A DNA stretch of 44,281 nt from an uncultured Clostridia bacterium (GCA_944332315.1 CALVJT010000018.1:1-44281); one strand, 5' to 3'. Shown: positions 9,299 through 19,418, counted from the stretch's first letter. The notes: a model not told the origin generated them from the sequence alone. Numbers and translations: made by a program.

Positions 9299-10246
9299 TT
9301 ATGGCAAAAGTTTACATTTACAAGTTTCAATTAAAACATTATCAATAATTAAAGTAGTATTGCAAAATCTATCTATCATTTCAATAATCAAAATCAACTT
9401 GCTTTGCAGTGCCAAAATTGCATTTTTCGAAATTTTTTCCTTCAAACTTTCAAACTGCAAATTTTTATAATCACACTTGCCTAAAATTTGCACACGCAAA
9501 ATTTCCTGCAGAACATCGGCATAAATTTGAACAAATTTTAGCAAATTGCTTCTAAATTTATTTACCTTTACAGTGTAGCCCAAAATTTCGCTAGAGGAGC
9601 GCAAATTTGCCACAATATCTACAGCTAAATCAAACATTTCGCAAATTTCGGTATTTGTAAGCGCCTCCTCTATGCGCCCCATCTCGCCTCGCCCATAAAA
9701 TTTTGCTATTTCTTGCGTGCGCGCATCCACAGTGTACTCGCTAACCAAAATATTCAGCGCACTATCGCTAAGCGGTTCAAGCTCTAGCGTTTGACAGCGC
9801 GATTTTATAGTTGGCAATATGCCGTCCTCTTTTTCACTGCAAAGCAAAAAGTACACATTGGGCGGTGTCTCCTCAAGTGTTTTTAGCAACTTGTTTTGCG
9901 CCTGCACCGTTGCCGATGAAAAATTTTGTAGCACAAAAACCTTGCAATCAGCCTCCATAGGAAAGTAATTTAGCCTTTCCAGCACAAGCTCCACATCCTC
10001 AACCTTTAAGCCCTCACTTTTTGGCAAAAAGAAAACATCAGGATGCACCTTTTTTATAATTTTGTGCGCAACTTTTTCATCACTATCCCCACATATTGCA
10101 AGAATTGCAAAGCACGCGCCAAATATCTCCCGCGAAAGTTTATCTTTAGATAGTAGTAAATGGCAATGCGCAAGTTTGCCTAACTTATAATCATCCACCA
10201 GCTTTTGATAAGTTCGTGTAGTTTTTATAATATCGTATTTATTCAT
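9299..10246 (-). CDS. holB: DNA polymerase III subunit delta' (clamp loader)
   Basis: HPDVF, KVFVL, AQNKLLKTLEE, ILPTIKSRCQ motifs; upstream of yaaT. Start is uncertain (ATG 10246 chosen; the ORF extends to 10282). Confidence 0.9.
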   Translation of the reverse strand: MNKYDIIKTTRTYQKLVDDYKLGKLAHCHLLLSKDKLSREIFGACFAILAICGDSDEKVAHKIIKKVHPDVFFLPKSEGLKVEDVELVLERLNYFPMEADCKVFVLQNFSSATVQAQNKLLKTLEETPPNVYFLLCSEKEDGILPTIKSRCQTLELEPLSDSALNILVSEYTVDARTQEIAKFYGRGEMGRIEEALTNTEICEMFDLAVDIVANLRSSSEILGYTVKVNKFRSNLLKFVQIYADVLQEILRVQILGKCDYKNLQFESLKEKISKNAILALQSKLILIIEMIDRFCNTTLIIDNVLIETCKCKLLP

Positions 10247-10741
10247 ATTTTGCACCAGATTAATAATTTTTGTTAAAATCAAAACATTATGGCAAACACT
10301 ATATAGATAGTATTTGCTTTTTATATAAAGGCTTTTAACCTATTAATTCAATATAATTTAGCACTAAATTTGCAATACAATTTTCATCTTTGTCAGCATA
10401 AATACACAAAACACTCTCGGGTAATTATTAATATGTGCTAAACTAATTTATATTGTATCAAAATATAGCAAAAAAAGCAATCATACCCATTTATTTTACA
10501 AAAAATTCAATAATATAGTTTCAATTTTTAGTTTTTTTTGAGTTTCAATGTAAAAAAATATTATATGATGCATTGCACTAGCATAAAACAAGATACCTTA
10601 TAGTTAATTTGCGCACAACAGTAAAATTTTTCACAAAAAAAGGACTAATAGAATGCCCATCAGCCCTAAATAAAGTTTAATTTTTTAAGAATTTTTTATT
10701 CCAATTATTTGTATGATATTGAATTAATAATCTATAAAAAA

Positions 10742-11014
10742 TTACCATTGATTCGGTTCAATATCATTGCCAGCATTTTTACCTGCGCGCATAAGCTCTT
10801 GCTTAACCTCATCAATCTGCGAGTGTTTTAGTTTTTTCTTGAGGTATAACTTTTGTTTTTTTAAGTCCAAATAATGATTTAGTTGCACAGCAATTTTGCT
10901 TGTATGCTCCTGCAAAATTTCGCGCTCTGCCTTGCTCAACTGTTCGGTAGTCTTATCAATCTGCTTCTTTTCGTCCATAAATGTAGTATGCGCAATTTTT
11001 AGCATTCTATGCAA
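10742..11014 (-). CDS. Small Lys-rich hypothetical protein
   Basis: ORF with a helical/coiled-coil composition and no recognised motif; the start may be ATG 10978. Confidence 0.5.
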   Translation of the reverse strand: MHRMLKIAHTTFMDEKKQIDKTTEQLSKAEREILQEHTSKIAVQLNHYLDLKKQKLYLKKKLKHSQIDEVKQELMRAGKNAGNDIEPNQW

Positions 11015-11090
11015 AGCATTAATTTAATCATAACATTTTGTCTATATACTTGATAAACTTTCATACGATTAATTAAGTTTCCCCATTCGT

Positions 11091-11660
11091 TTATTTATTA
11101 TTTACCACTTTTGATAGTGATATAAGCAATAGCACTAGGTTGTTTAGCTCTTTATTGAGTTTAGATTTATCAAATATTGAACACAATAAGTTGACTATTT
11201 TACTGAGTATTTTGTTTTTGCTTACAAAATACAGCAGTGGCCTTTCCACTTCTTGTACTTCTTGCCCCAAGTACTCGCTCAAGCCGTAGTCATTATTATA
11301 ATACTGGCGCAAATCTTGTATTAAATCATTTAGCCATCTGCGCTCGTTTTCGTTTAAGCCCACATAGCTAATTTGCGGAGCGGGCGCCACGACATCATCA
11401 TTAAATGGTATTGACGCTTTGTTTTCATTCTCGGCTACTGTGCTTGCAATTTTTGCGTTTTGCGCTTGCGCATTCACTCCGCTATAAATAAAGTTATCCT
11501 CATTAAATGGTTGAACGGAATTTTCTCGCGCATCCATAAACTGCGCATTTTCTATCAAAACGCCGTTTAGTGATTCATCCTTGCTTGCTTTGTATGCTTG
11601 TGCCAAAGCCTCGTACTCTGTAGATGAAAAACCATCTAACCTATCATCAAATTTTTCCAT
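11091..11660 (-). CDS. Hypothetical protein
   Basis: 189 aa ORF with SD GAGG before the ATG; no recognised family. Confidence 0.7.
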   Translation of the reverse strand: MEKFDDRLDGFSSTEYEALAQAYKASKDESLNGVLIENAQFMDARENSVQPFNEDNFIYSGVNAQAQNAKIASTVAENENKASIPFNDDVVAPAPQISYVGLNENERRWLNDLIQDLRQYYNNDYGLSEYLGQEVQEVERPLLYFVSKNKILSKIVNLLCSIFDKSKLNKELNNLVLLLISLSKVVNNK

Positions 11661-12108
11661 AATAACCTCTATGCTATGTATATGCTATAATTTTATTTTT
11701 ATGCTTGCAAAAAGGAACTTACACTATTTTGCTTTATTCTACACTTTTATTTGCATCGGCAATATCAGCAACTTGTAGCAAAGAATTAACGCGGTTTTGC
11801 TCTATTTTTAGCCATATTTTGCACATTAATCACATAAGTTATAATATTTGACTATGCTTTATTTTTGTGCGTGCGCACTGCTTGTTTACTTAGCTAAGTG
11901 CTTTGCATCTTAATTTGTAGCCCAATAAACGAAATTATGCTATACACAATGTAAGATTAGTTTAAGGCTGCAGTTTTTTATTTGTGTGCTTACTAAAAAC
12001 CAGAAAATAACCTATCAAAAACATTGCTAAATTGCACATACATTTTCTATATCGAATTGCCTATTATAAAAAGCAAAGCCCACTTTTTAAGTAAACTTTG
12101 CTTAAATA

Positions 12109-12624
12109 TTACATATACGATTTATAAACATCCATATCGTCTAAAAGCGCCGATAAAATTTTTATATGTACACACTCGTCATCCGCAATGGTATATAGTA
12201 GCGCCTGCAAACTTTCGTTATCCACAAGTTGCGCGGTGTTTCTATAAGCGCGTACAGCGTTCTGCTCATCCTCGATATCTTTTTGCAATATACTTTTTAG
12301 GTCGGTATAATAAGCCACACTACTTGAATTATAGTCGCAACCCTCGCTATTTATGTAGCAAGGCTTGCCTCCAAACGCAATGATGGCCTCGCCCAATAAC
12401 TCGATGTGATGCATTTCTACAAGAGATATTTTTTCTAAAATATACGCCACCTCTTTGTTGCACTGCAATAGCACTTGATGCTGGTATATGTATTGCAAGG
12501 TAGCAGTCAACTCGCTTTCCAGCCCACTGCGCAACTCATATAGCAAGCGCACAACGCGCTCATCTGGTTTAGCCCCCACAATTTCGGGATACTCCTTGCC
12601 CGCTGTAAACTTAATATCTGCCAT
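12109..12624 (-). CDS. Ferritin-like (bacterioferritin/Mn-catalase-related) diiron protein
   Basis: ELTATLQY, EMHH, EDEQNAVRAY and DECVH carboxylate/His ligand pattern; SD AGGAGG. Confidence 0.85.
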   Translation of the reverse strand: MADIKFTAGKEYPEIVGAKPDERVVRLLYELRSGLESELTATLQYIYQHQVLLQCNKEVAYILEKISLVEMHHIELLGEAIIAFGGKPCYINSEGCDYNSSSVAYYTDLKSILQKDIEDEQNAVRAYRNTAQLVDNESLQALLYTIADDECVHIKILSALLDDMDVYKSYM

Positions 12625-12846
12625 AAACGCCTCCTATAAATAATATAGTACGCGGTATTTTGCAATTGTGTGATGTCAATAAAATAGCATTTTGTTTTTT
12701 ATAAGTTTTATAATTTTTAGATAGATAAAAATTTAGCAGTTGACTTTTTGAAAACCCCTACTAAAAATATCTAAACAGCGCTGAACCTTCAAGCACACCC
12801 AGAAGCAATCTTTTATAAAATTTGTTTTATAAATTTAGTTCTAACT

Positions 12847-13415
12847 TTATCTATTTTTTATCTCTAAGCCATCTTTGAAAGCGTTTCCAACCCTTTCGCC
12901 AATTTTATAATAGCCGTGAGTATAAGGGTCAAAAGCTATGGCATCTAAAAGCGAAATATCCACTTTATCGCCATTCAAAACACTTTCCTCGGCAGATACA
13001 TTTATAATTTTGCCAATAACACCGCACCCGTATTGCCCGCCTTGGTGTTTAACAAATTCACATTCTATGCAAATAGGAAATTCGCTTATAATCGGTGCAT
13101 CAACTGCATCAGATTTAACAGCAGTCAACCCGCTTTTTGCAAATTTATCCTTATCCACATTTGCCGAACTCATACCAAAATAATCTGCCTCAATAACATG
13201 TTTTGCATCAGCAAGGCTCACAGTAAACGCCTTTCTTTGCTTAATATTTTTTACAGTTTTATGAGATTCAGTCAAATTCAAAATAATATAATCGCGCTCA
13301 AGCATAGTTCCCCACGCAGCATTCATAACATCCACGCTATCATCCTCGTTATAAGTAGCTATCATAAGCACAGGCATAGGAAATATCACTTCAGTTGTAG
13401 AAATACTTTTTTCAT
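12847..13415 (-). pseudogene. Flavin reductase family protein with a 1-nt frameshift just after the start codon
   Basis: The body has PMPVLMIATYNED...NAAWG, IKQRKAFTVS and PICIEC. SD AAGGAGG precedes ATG 13415, but ATG-A6-GT reads MKKVFLQLK*; A7 would give in-frame MKKSISTTEVIFPMPV. Confidence 0.7.
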
Positions 13416-13502
13416 AATTCCTCCTTATTAACACTACTATTTTAACAAAATTTATTATTTTATACAAATAAAATTATATCACTTATTTAATTTTTTAAAC
13501 TA

Positions 13503-13534
13503 AAAAAGTATAGCTGCCACATACTATACTTTTT
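13503..13534. terminator. Intrinsic terminator downstream of the poly-G surface protein gene
   Basis: AAAAAGTATAG-N10-CTATACTTTTT. Confidence 0.7.
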
Positions 13535-13583
13535 GCTAACTTCTACACTTAGTGTGTGTAATTTATCTATTCCTTGCACGCCA

Positions 13584-15258
13584 CTATTCAAAAGCAGGCA
13601 TATTTATTGTAATATCTTCTTTGTAGACTATAGTAAATTCCTTTCTAGTCCACATCTCACCTGCATCTATCAAAGGCGAATAAGAATATAATGCCTTAGC
13701 ATACTGCGTAATTACACCCCCACTAGGAGAATATTTAAAAAATTCATAAATCCACCAGTCAAGATATATGTCATCAAATACATCACTTTGAGTATCTTGC
13801 CCGGCAATTTGTTGTGATTCCAAACCAAAAATGCTACCAATTTTACTGTATATGAAATACTCATTATATGGAATCTTATCTTCACCGATGATATTATTAG
13901 AACCCAATGCGTTCTTGAGCGCCAAATAAGCATTAGATCCGTATCCTACTATCTGCACACCATCGCCTTGCTTAAGGGCTAAATCAGTTACTAGTTTCCC
14001 TTCTGTATCAAAAATGGAGCCATCAATAATAGCAGTGCTAGAAGATGAGTAGTTCATTAAATTAAAATACACTGCATACTCTTCAGTCTCAGTAACATCC
14101 GCTAGAGAAGAGCGCTCTACTACATTCTGTGCATTGTTTTCAAATATAGCAGACACTAGTATCGCTGGAGTGCTACTCGAACCATAATATAATATTATAT
14201 TAGCAGCTTGGAAATCTGGGTCATAGTCATTAAATCTACTATACCAACCTAGTGCTTCCGTAGCACGAACTAGTTCGTCTTCGATATTGAATATATATAC
14301 ATTCCACTGCCCTTCTTCATTGCTTGTCTTACCCAAAAAACTATTAATTGTTCCATAATCTATATTGAGAGACCCAGTATTATCAGAGTATTTAGAAACT
14401 AGGCTATCCGTGGCATCATTCCACATAGAACTTGCCATCAATGCTTGGACAGGGTCATAAGTCGATACCCTATCACTATACCATTTTGTTAGATCTGATC
14501 CATCGCAAACATAAATAGAATATGTATCGTCTAATGCTAAGTTTGTATAAGAAGCACTTAGGTTAACCACAAAACTATTTCTGGCACAATCTCTATCAAA
14601 AGTATTCGTTGTATCTGCATACACTACCACTTCTAATTTTGTATCTGTAATATCTGTGCCAGTATATTTGAAGTTTGATAACTGTGATAGAATATCAAAT
14701 GTCACACCCTTACGCACTTGCGTACTGGAATTCGACACAAATGCATACCCTTCATCAGATGCCGTTTCTACGGGAGTGGACATACTTGTTGTTCCATCAC
14801 TAAAACTATATGTGCCTTCTGTGAATGAAACGCCAGAAGTTATACTCTCAAATATATATTCAATACGCATATAATAATTGATGTCTAAGTTATTGTCATC
14901 TATACTAACATTTAACGAATCACCAACATTATTAAATCTCACTATTCCATTTTCATTCTGTTCATTTGTATAAGTCATCCCTATGCCAGTATCATAATTC
15001 ATTGCTGGAGTGTCCCAGTCAAAGACAATAGAGCCTGAAGCAGTTTTTGAATCACTGAGCAGTGAATAGGTCATAGATATTGCTAAAACAAAACCTAATA
15101 CAAACATAAAAAACAACAAAAAGACAAAAGTCCTCTTTTGTCTTGTATTATCCTGTTTTTTTATACATAAATTGCCATTAATTATTTTTGTAGGTTTGGT
15201 TTGTGTATTCGAATCCTTATATACCCCCCCCCCCCCCAAACATTATATTTTTTCTCAT
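13584..15258 (-). CDS. Putative phase-variable exported/surface protein (SipW-class-like signal); out of frame at the poly-G tract as assembled
   Basis: SD GAGGAGG, then ATG 15258 reads MRKNIMFGGGGGI* with G14. G13 fuses it to the 551-codon ORF, giving 557 aa with a hydrophobic segment and TYSLLSDSKTASGSIVF. Confidence 0.75.
15224..15237 (-). repeat. Homopolymeric G14 tract (C14 on + strand)
   Basis: Counted directly: 14 C at 15224-15237, starting at codon 8 of the gene. Confidence 0.95.
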
Positions 15259-15284
15259 AACATTCCTCCTCTTGCATTAACTGT

Positions 15285-15314
15285 AGTATACCACAAAATT
15301 AAAAATTATTGCAA
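15285..15314 (-). promoter_or_regulatory. SigA-like promoter of the poly-G surface protein gene
   Basis: TTGCAA-N18-TATACT with an extended -10 TG. Confidence 0.55.
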
Positions 15315-15374
15315 TTAATTTAACAAATTTATTATAAAATTATAAAAATATAAATAATATTGAAAAAAAAATTA

Positions 15375-15402
15375 AAAAACTCATTCTTTTGAATGAGTTT
15401 TT
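15375..15402. terminator. Intrinsic terminator after rplL
   Basis: AAAAACTCATTC-TTTT-GAATGAGTTTTT. Confidence 0.85.
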
Positions 15403-15422
15403 AACTATAGAAATAGGATAGA

Positions 15423-15803
15423 CTATTTTAATTCTACTGTAGCACCAGCTGCTTCGAGTTTTTCTTTCATTTCCTTTGCAGCTTCAGGTGATACGCCTTC
15501 TTTGATTGTAGCAGGAGCGCCATCAACAAGCTTTTTAGCGTCCAAAAGTCCAAGTTCTGTAACTTCCTTAACTGTTCTTATGATAGCTGGCTTCTTTTCA
15601 GCGTCAACAGCTTTCAATACAACTGTGTATTCGCTCTTTTCCTCGCTAGCAGCTGGAGCAGCGCCACCAGCAACAGGAGCTGCTGCAACTGCAACAGGAG
15701 CAGCTGCGCTAACACCGAATTCCTCCTCTAAAGCTTTAACAAGTTCGCTAACTTGTGTAAGTGTCATACCTTTAATAACTTCTACAATTTCGTTGATTTC
15801 CAT
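15423..15803 (-). CDS. rplL: 50S ribosomal protein L7/L12
   Basis: [35 protein letters not shown] and [11 protein letters not shown] motifs. Confidence 0.98.
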   Translation of the reverse strand: MEINEIVEVIKGMTLTQVSELVKALEEEFGVSAAAPVAVAAAPVAGGAAPAASEEKSEYTVVLKAVDAEKKPAIIRTVKEVTELGLLDAKKLVDGAPATIKEGVSPEAAKEMKEKLEAAGATVELK

Positions 15804-15825
15804 AATAAATTCCTCCTAAAAAATT

Positions 15826-16344
15826 TTAATTTTTATTTGCAATAGCGTCAAGCGCATAAACTAGATTTCTTGTAGTAGCAGATAGCACACTGCAAAGTTG
15901 TTGTGCAGGTGCATTGAGTTGACCAAGCAACCTTGCCACCAGAACTTCTCTTGATGGAAGATCTGCAAGAGCCTTTACAGCATTTTCGTCTATGAATTGT
16001 TTATCGATAATACCAAACTTAATCGCGATTGTTGGATTATCCTCAAGTGCTTTTTTAGCCACTCTAGCAGCATCGGTTTCGTCATTATAACTAAATGCTA
16101 CAGATAAAGTGTTTTGCAATCTATCCTCATATCCGGTAATGCCAAGGTCGTTAAGCGCGCGCAAGAATAGTCTGTTTTTGTAGACTTTATAATCGCAGTT
16201 ATTTTTCTTAAATTCACGGCGCAATTTGATGTCGTTATTGACATTTAGGCCTCTGTAGTCGATAAAAATAATAGATTTTGCATTTTGAATCTTTTCTTTT
16301 ATCTCTTCTACAATAAGCTTTTTCTTTTCCTGATTAGCAGACAT
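15826..16344 (-). CDS. rplJ: 50S ribosomal protein L10
   Basis: DYRGL, YKVYKNRL, LADLPSREVL motifs; directly upstream of rplL; SD AGGAGG favours ATG 16344. Confidence 0.97.
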   Translation of the reverse strand: MSANQEKKKLIVEEIKEKIQNAKSIIFIDYRGLNVNNDIKLRREFKKNNCDYKVYKNRLFLRALNDLGITGYEDRLQNTLSVAFSYNDETDAARVAKKALEDNPTIAIKFGIIDKQFIDENAVKALADLPSREVLVARLLGQLNAPAQQLCSVLSATTRNLVYALDAIANKN

Positions 16345-16368
16345 TTCCATCCTCCTTTCTATAGTAAC

Positions 16369-16500
16369 AAAAAACTCTATGCCCCCTGAGATAGCATAGA
16401 GTAAAACCTTGCCCTGCGCAAAGTATCATTTACCTATATTATCTCCTCGGCAAGTATGCCATAGCATATTGTGGATAACTCCGCTTGCTGTCTTTGGCGA
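16369..16500 (-). ncRNA. L10 leader (ribosomal protein autoregulatory RNA) with attenuator hairpin
   Basis: The minus strand reads CCAAAGACAGCAAG...CTTGCCGAGG, matching the L10-leader core, then AACTCTATGC...GCATAGAGTTTTTT (terminator) before the rplJ SD. Confidence 0.8.
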
Positions 16501-16517
16501 TAGTTTTTTGTAAGAGT

Positions 16518-16546
16518 ATTATACATATTATTGTGCGCTTTGTCAA
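16518..16546 (-). promoter_or_regulatory. SigA promoter of rplJL
   Basis: Perfect TTGACA-N17-TATAAT. Confidence 0.9.
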
Positions 16547-16701
16547 GTATTTTTATAAAATTTTATTCATAGCATATTGCTTATTTAAATTAACATAATG
16601 TACTTTTATATAGCATTATACATTTACAAAAATTTTAATCACTAAATTACAAAAAATTTAGCAAATTAAATTGTTTATAAACAATAAATAATCCAATATA
16701 A

Positions 16702-18756
16702 CTATAATTTTTGAGCAACTTCCCATGCGCGCCATATTACTGTGCGCAAGTTGCCCACCTCGTAGGCATCGCCAACGATATGCGTATGCTTGCCTGCTTT
16801 TGCGATAGGTGCTGGGTTATAGCCCACAGATACAATAACTGCATCCTTTTCTAGCTCAGTTTCGTTGCCCGATTTATCAACTATTACTACCGAATTTTCT
16901 TTTATTTCTTTAACGCCACTTTCTAGGTACACAGGCACTTGCTTCCACTTAAAGTAATCGCGCAGGTACGACGAGTTTGCAAGGCACAGTCCGCGCACTG
17001 CCATAAGGTCATTTTTCATTTCCACTATAACAGGATGTTTGCCTTTTTTATGCAAATCGTAAGCAATTTCGCATCCCGTAAGTCCTCCGCCTATTATTAT
17101 AACTTTATCACCGATATCCTCATTCCCGCGCAAGTAATCTACTGCCTCTATAGCACTTTCAATACCGCTTATATGCAAAGTTTTAGGTTTTGCCCCCGTT
17201 GCAATTACCACCTCATCGGCATCAAGTTGATTTATATCATTAATTTCGGTATTAAACTCTACTTTAATATTGAGTTTTTGTATTTGGCGTTTATAGTACT
17301 CTATAAGTTGCCTATCCTTTTCCTTAAAATCGAACACAGATGCTGGCACAAACACGCCACCAAGGCTATCAGTTTTTTCGTAGATTGTAACATCGTGCCC
17401 GCGCAGTGTGGCAACGCGCGCCACTTCCATCCCGCCTATACCGCCTCCGATGACAGCCACCTTTTTAGGTTGTTTTGCGGGCTTGATTTCGAACTTTTTG
17501 CTTTGCATAGTTTGCGGATTTAGCGCGCATCTAGACATATGCTTTACATCGTCAAACGCTTGGTCATTAGCCACGCCTTTGTAGTGTGCCATAGTAAAGC
17601 AAGCGTTGTGGCAACAAATGCAAGGCAAAATATCTTCGGGTCTATCCTCAATTAGCTTGGTTACCCATTCAGCATCGGTCAAAAACTGACGAGCAAATCC
17701 CACGCCATCAAGTTTACCTTCCTGCACGGCTTGCGCGCCCACCAAAGGCTCCATTCTGCCCGCGCAGACAACGGGTATATCCACAAACTGTTTTATGTGC
17801 TCCACATCCTTTAAGTTGCAATTTTGTGGCATATATGCTGGCGGATGAGCCCAATACCACGCATCATAGGTGCCGTTATCGGCATTTAACATATCGTAGC
17901 CAGCATCCTGCAGATACTTTACAGCCTTTTCGCTTTCCTCCATAGTTCTGCCAACTTCGGTATACTCCTCGTCAGGCAAAGCGCCCGAATCAAAGCCTTT
18001 AGTTTTGCTTGTCACCGAGTACCTCAAAGAAACTGGATAATCTTGTCCGCACGCCGATTTTATTGCCTTTACCACATCCACAGCAAAGCGATATCTATTT
18101 TCAAAACTCCCGCCATATTCATCCGTTCTATGATTGGTGTACGGAGTTGTAAACTGGTCGAGCAAGTACCCCTCGTGCACGGCGTGAACTTCCACCCCAT
18201 CTACGCCCGCTTCCTTGCAAAGTTTGGCTGTTTTGGCAAACGCATCCACCATTTCCAAAATCTCCTGCTTTGTTAAAGCGCGCACTGTAACGCCCTCTGC
18301 CCATCGAGATGGCAACTCGCTAGGGCTTGCGCACAAATAAGAGGCATCTATAATAGGTTTGGCAATTTTGCCTAAAACCTTGTTTTTTATCAAAAGCAGT
18401 AAACTATCAGTTATGGCAAAGGAGCGTCCAAAACCCGCTGTCAACTGCACAAAAAGTTTTGCGCCCGTCTTGTGAATTTCAACCATATAATCCTTTAGTT
18501 TCTTAAACATCTTTTTGTTTTGATAAAGCCAGCGCCCACCAATAGTATCTTTAAGCGGAGCAATACCGGGTATAATCAACCCAACATTGTTTTTTGCGCG
18601 CTCCAAAAAGAAATTAGCCGATTCCTCATCAAACTTATTAGGCTCCATCCAGCCAAAAAGCGAAGTGCCACCCATAGGGCAAAGCACTATGCGGTTTTTT
18701 ATTTCTACATCCCCGATTTTCCAAGGTGTAAAAAGTGGTTGTAATCTTTTATCCAT
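16702..18756 (-). CDS. NADH:flavin oxidoreductase, Old Yellow Enzyme family with Fe-S and FAD domains (2-enoate/2,4-dienoyl-CoA reductase-like)
   Basis: KNRIVLCPM, GVEVHAVHEGYLLDQF, NHRTDEYGGSFENR, CICCHNAC...C cluster motif, VIGGGIGGME; SD AAGGAG at ATG 18756. Confidence 0.92.
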   Translation of the reverse strand: MDKRLQPLFTPWKIGDVEIKNRIVLCPMGGTSLFGWMEPNKFDEESANFFLERAKNNVGLIIPGIAPLKDTIGGRWLYQNKKMFKKLKDYMVEIHKTGAKLFVQLTAGFGRSFAITDSLLLLIKNKVLGKIAKPIIDASYLCASPSELPSRWAEGVTVRALTKQEILEMVDAFAKTAKLCKEAGVDGVEVHAVHEGYLLDQFTTPYTNHRTDEYGGSFENRYRFAVDVVKAIKSACGQDYPVSLRYSVTSKTKGFDSGALPDEEYTEVGRTMEESEKAVKYLQDAGYDMLNADNGTYDAWYWAHPPAYMPQNCNLKDVEHIKQFVDIPVVCAGRMEPLVGAQAVQEGKLDGVGFARQFLTDAEWVTKLIEDRPEDILPCICCHNACFTMAHYKGVANDQAFDDVKHMSRCALNPQTMQSKKFEIKPAKQPKKVAVIGGGIGGMEVARVATLRGHDVTIYEKTDSLGGVFVPASVFDFKEKDRQLIEYYKRQIQKLNIKVEFNTEINDINQLDADEVVIATGAKPKTLHISGIESAIEAVDYLRGNEDIGDKVIIIGGGLTGCEIAYDLHKKGKHPVIVEMKNDLMAVRGLCLANSSYLRDYFKWKQVPVYLESGVKEIKENSVVIVDKSGNETELEKDAVIVSVGYNPAPIAKAGKHTHIVGDAYEVGNLRTVIWRAWEVAQKL

Positions 18757-19036
18757 AGTTTTCTCCTTATTTATAAGGATAACTTTTTTTACTAAAAAAG
18801 TCAAACAAATAAATAGTTCTCTTTATTTTAGAAATTCTTTTTACGCAAGCTTAAAAGTATAATATTCAAATACGCATCTATAATAAAACACAAATACGCA
18901 ATTCTATATTCAACCATAATATAGGGCATATTTATAGTGCTAGCATTGTGAGATGCTTAAGCGTTAGATATCCCATACAACTAATATTGTTTTTTGTACA
19001 TTAAATAGATGTTTGTATTTTTTAGGTTCTTATTTT

Positions 19037-19126
19037 GGTTCTTTATTATTAACGGTAGTTATAGATTCAAACTTTTGCTAAACTCTTTTCGCTAAATTTT
19101 TGCTAACGCCCACGAATATTATAGAA
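19037..19126 (+). repeat. Dispersed intergenic repeat, copy 1
   Basis: 19057-19107 is identical (51 bp) to the reverse complement of 24627-24677; the flanks are also similar. Confidence 0.9.
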
Positions 19127-19176
19127 CCCTTATTTTTTCGCAAGCTACAAGTTATATCCTTTATTAAAAACAACTT

Positions 19177-19217
19177 TGTGGATAAGTTATCCACAAATGT
19201 GCACAAAATGTGGATAA
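19177..19217. promoter_or_regulatory. DnaA-box cluster
   Basis: TGTGGATAA 19177-85, TTATCCACA 19187-95 and TGTGGATAA 19209-17 (all perfect), plus the variant TGTGCACAA 19198-206; intergenic. Confidence 0.8.
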
Positions 19218-19418
19218 CTACCCACTTTTGTACTAACTTTGTTCTAAAATTGTGCAGTTTTGACAAACTTTTTAGTTTAGTTATTTACTATATTTTACAC
19301 TATTTGATTATTTAATTAACTATAATGATTATGCATTTAACTATTTTGCTTACAAACAATACTAATTTGTGTTGTTTAATTTTATAACAAAGTGTCAAAA
19401 ATAAAATAAGGTGATATT

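Noticed and set aside
9095-9334. 79-aa ORF in the holB-ricT gap
   Set aside because: TTG start inside the hairpin element, AT-rich low-complexity translation and no SD.
15224-15237. Poly-G tracts as pure sequencing artefacts
   Set aside because: The exact length could be wrong, but the existence of two G12-14 runs at equivalent positions after SD-ATG in surface genes is not explained by error; long genes elsewhere in the window are intact.
13584-15239. A VR-like segment in the first poly-G gene or in the MBG lipoprotein
   Set aside because: No WLRS/GVRP motif, and no local GC or NNC-codon island was seen.
19177-19400. oriC
   Set aside because: No dnaA or dnaN nearby, and genes on both sides remain mostly on the minus strand, so there is no replichore switch.
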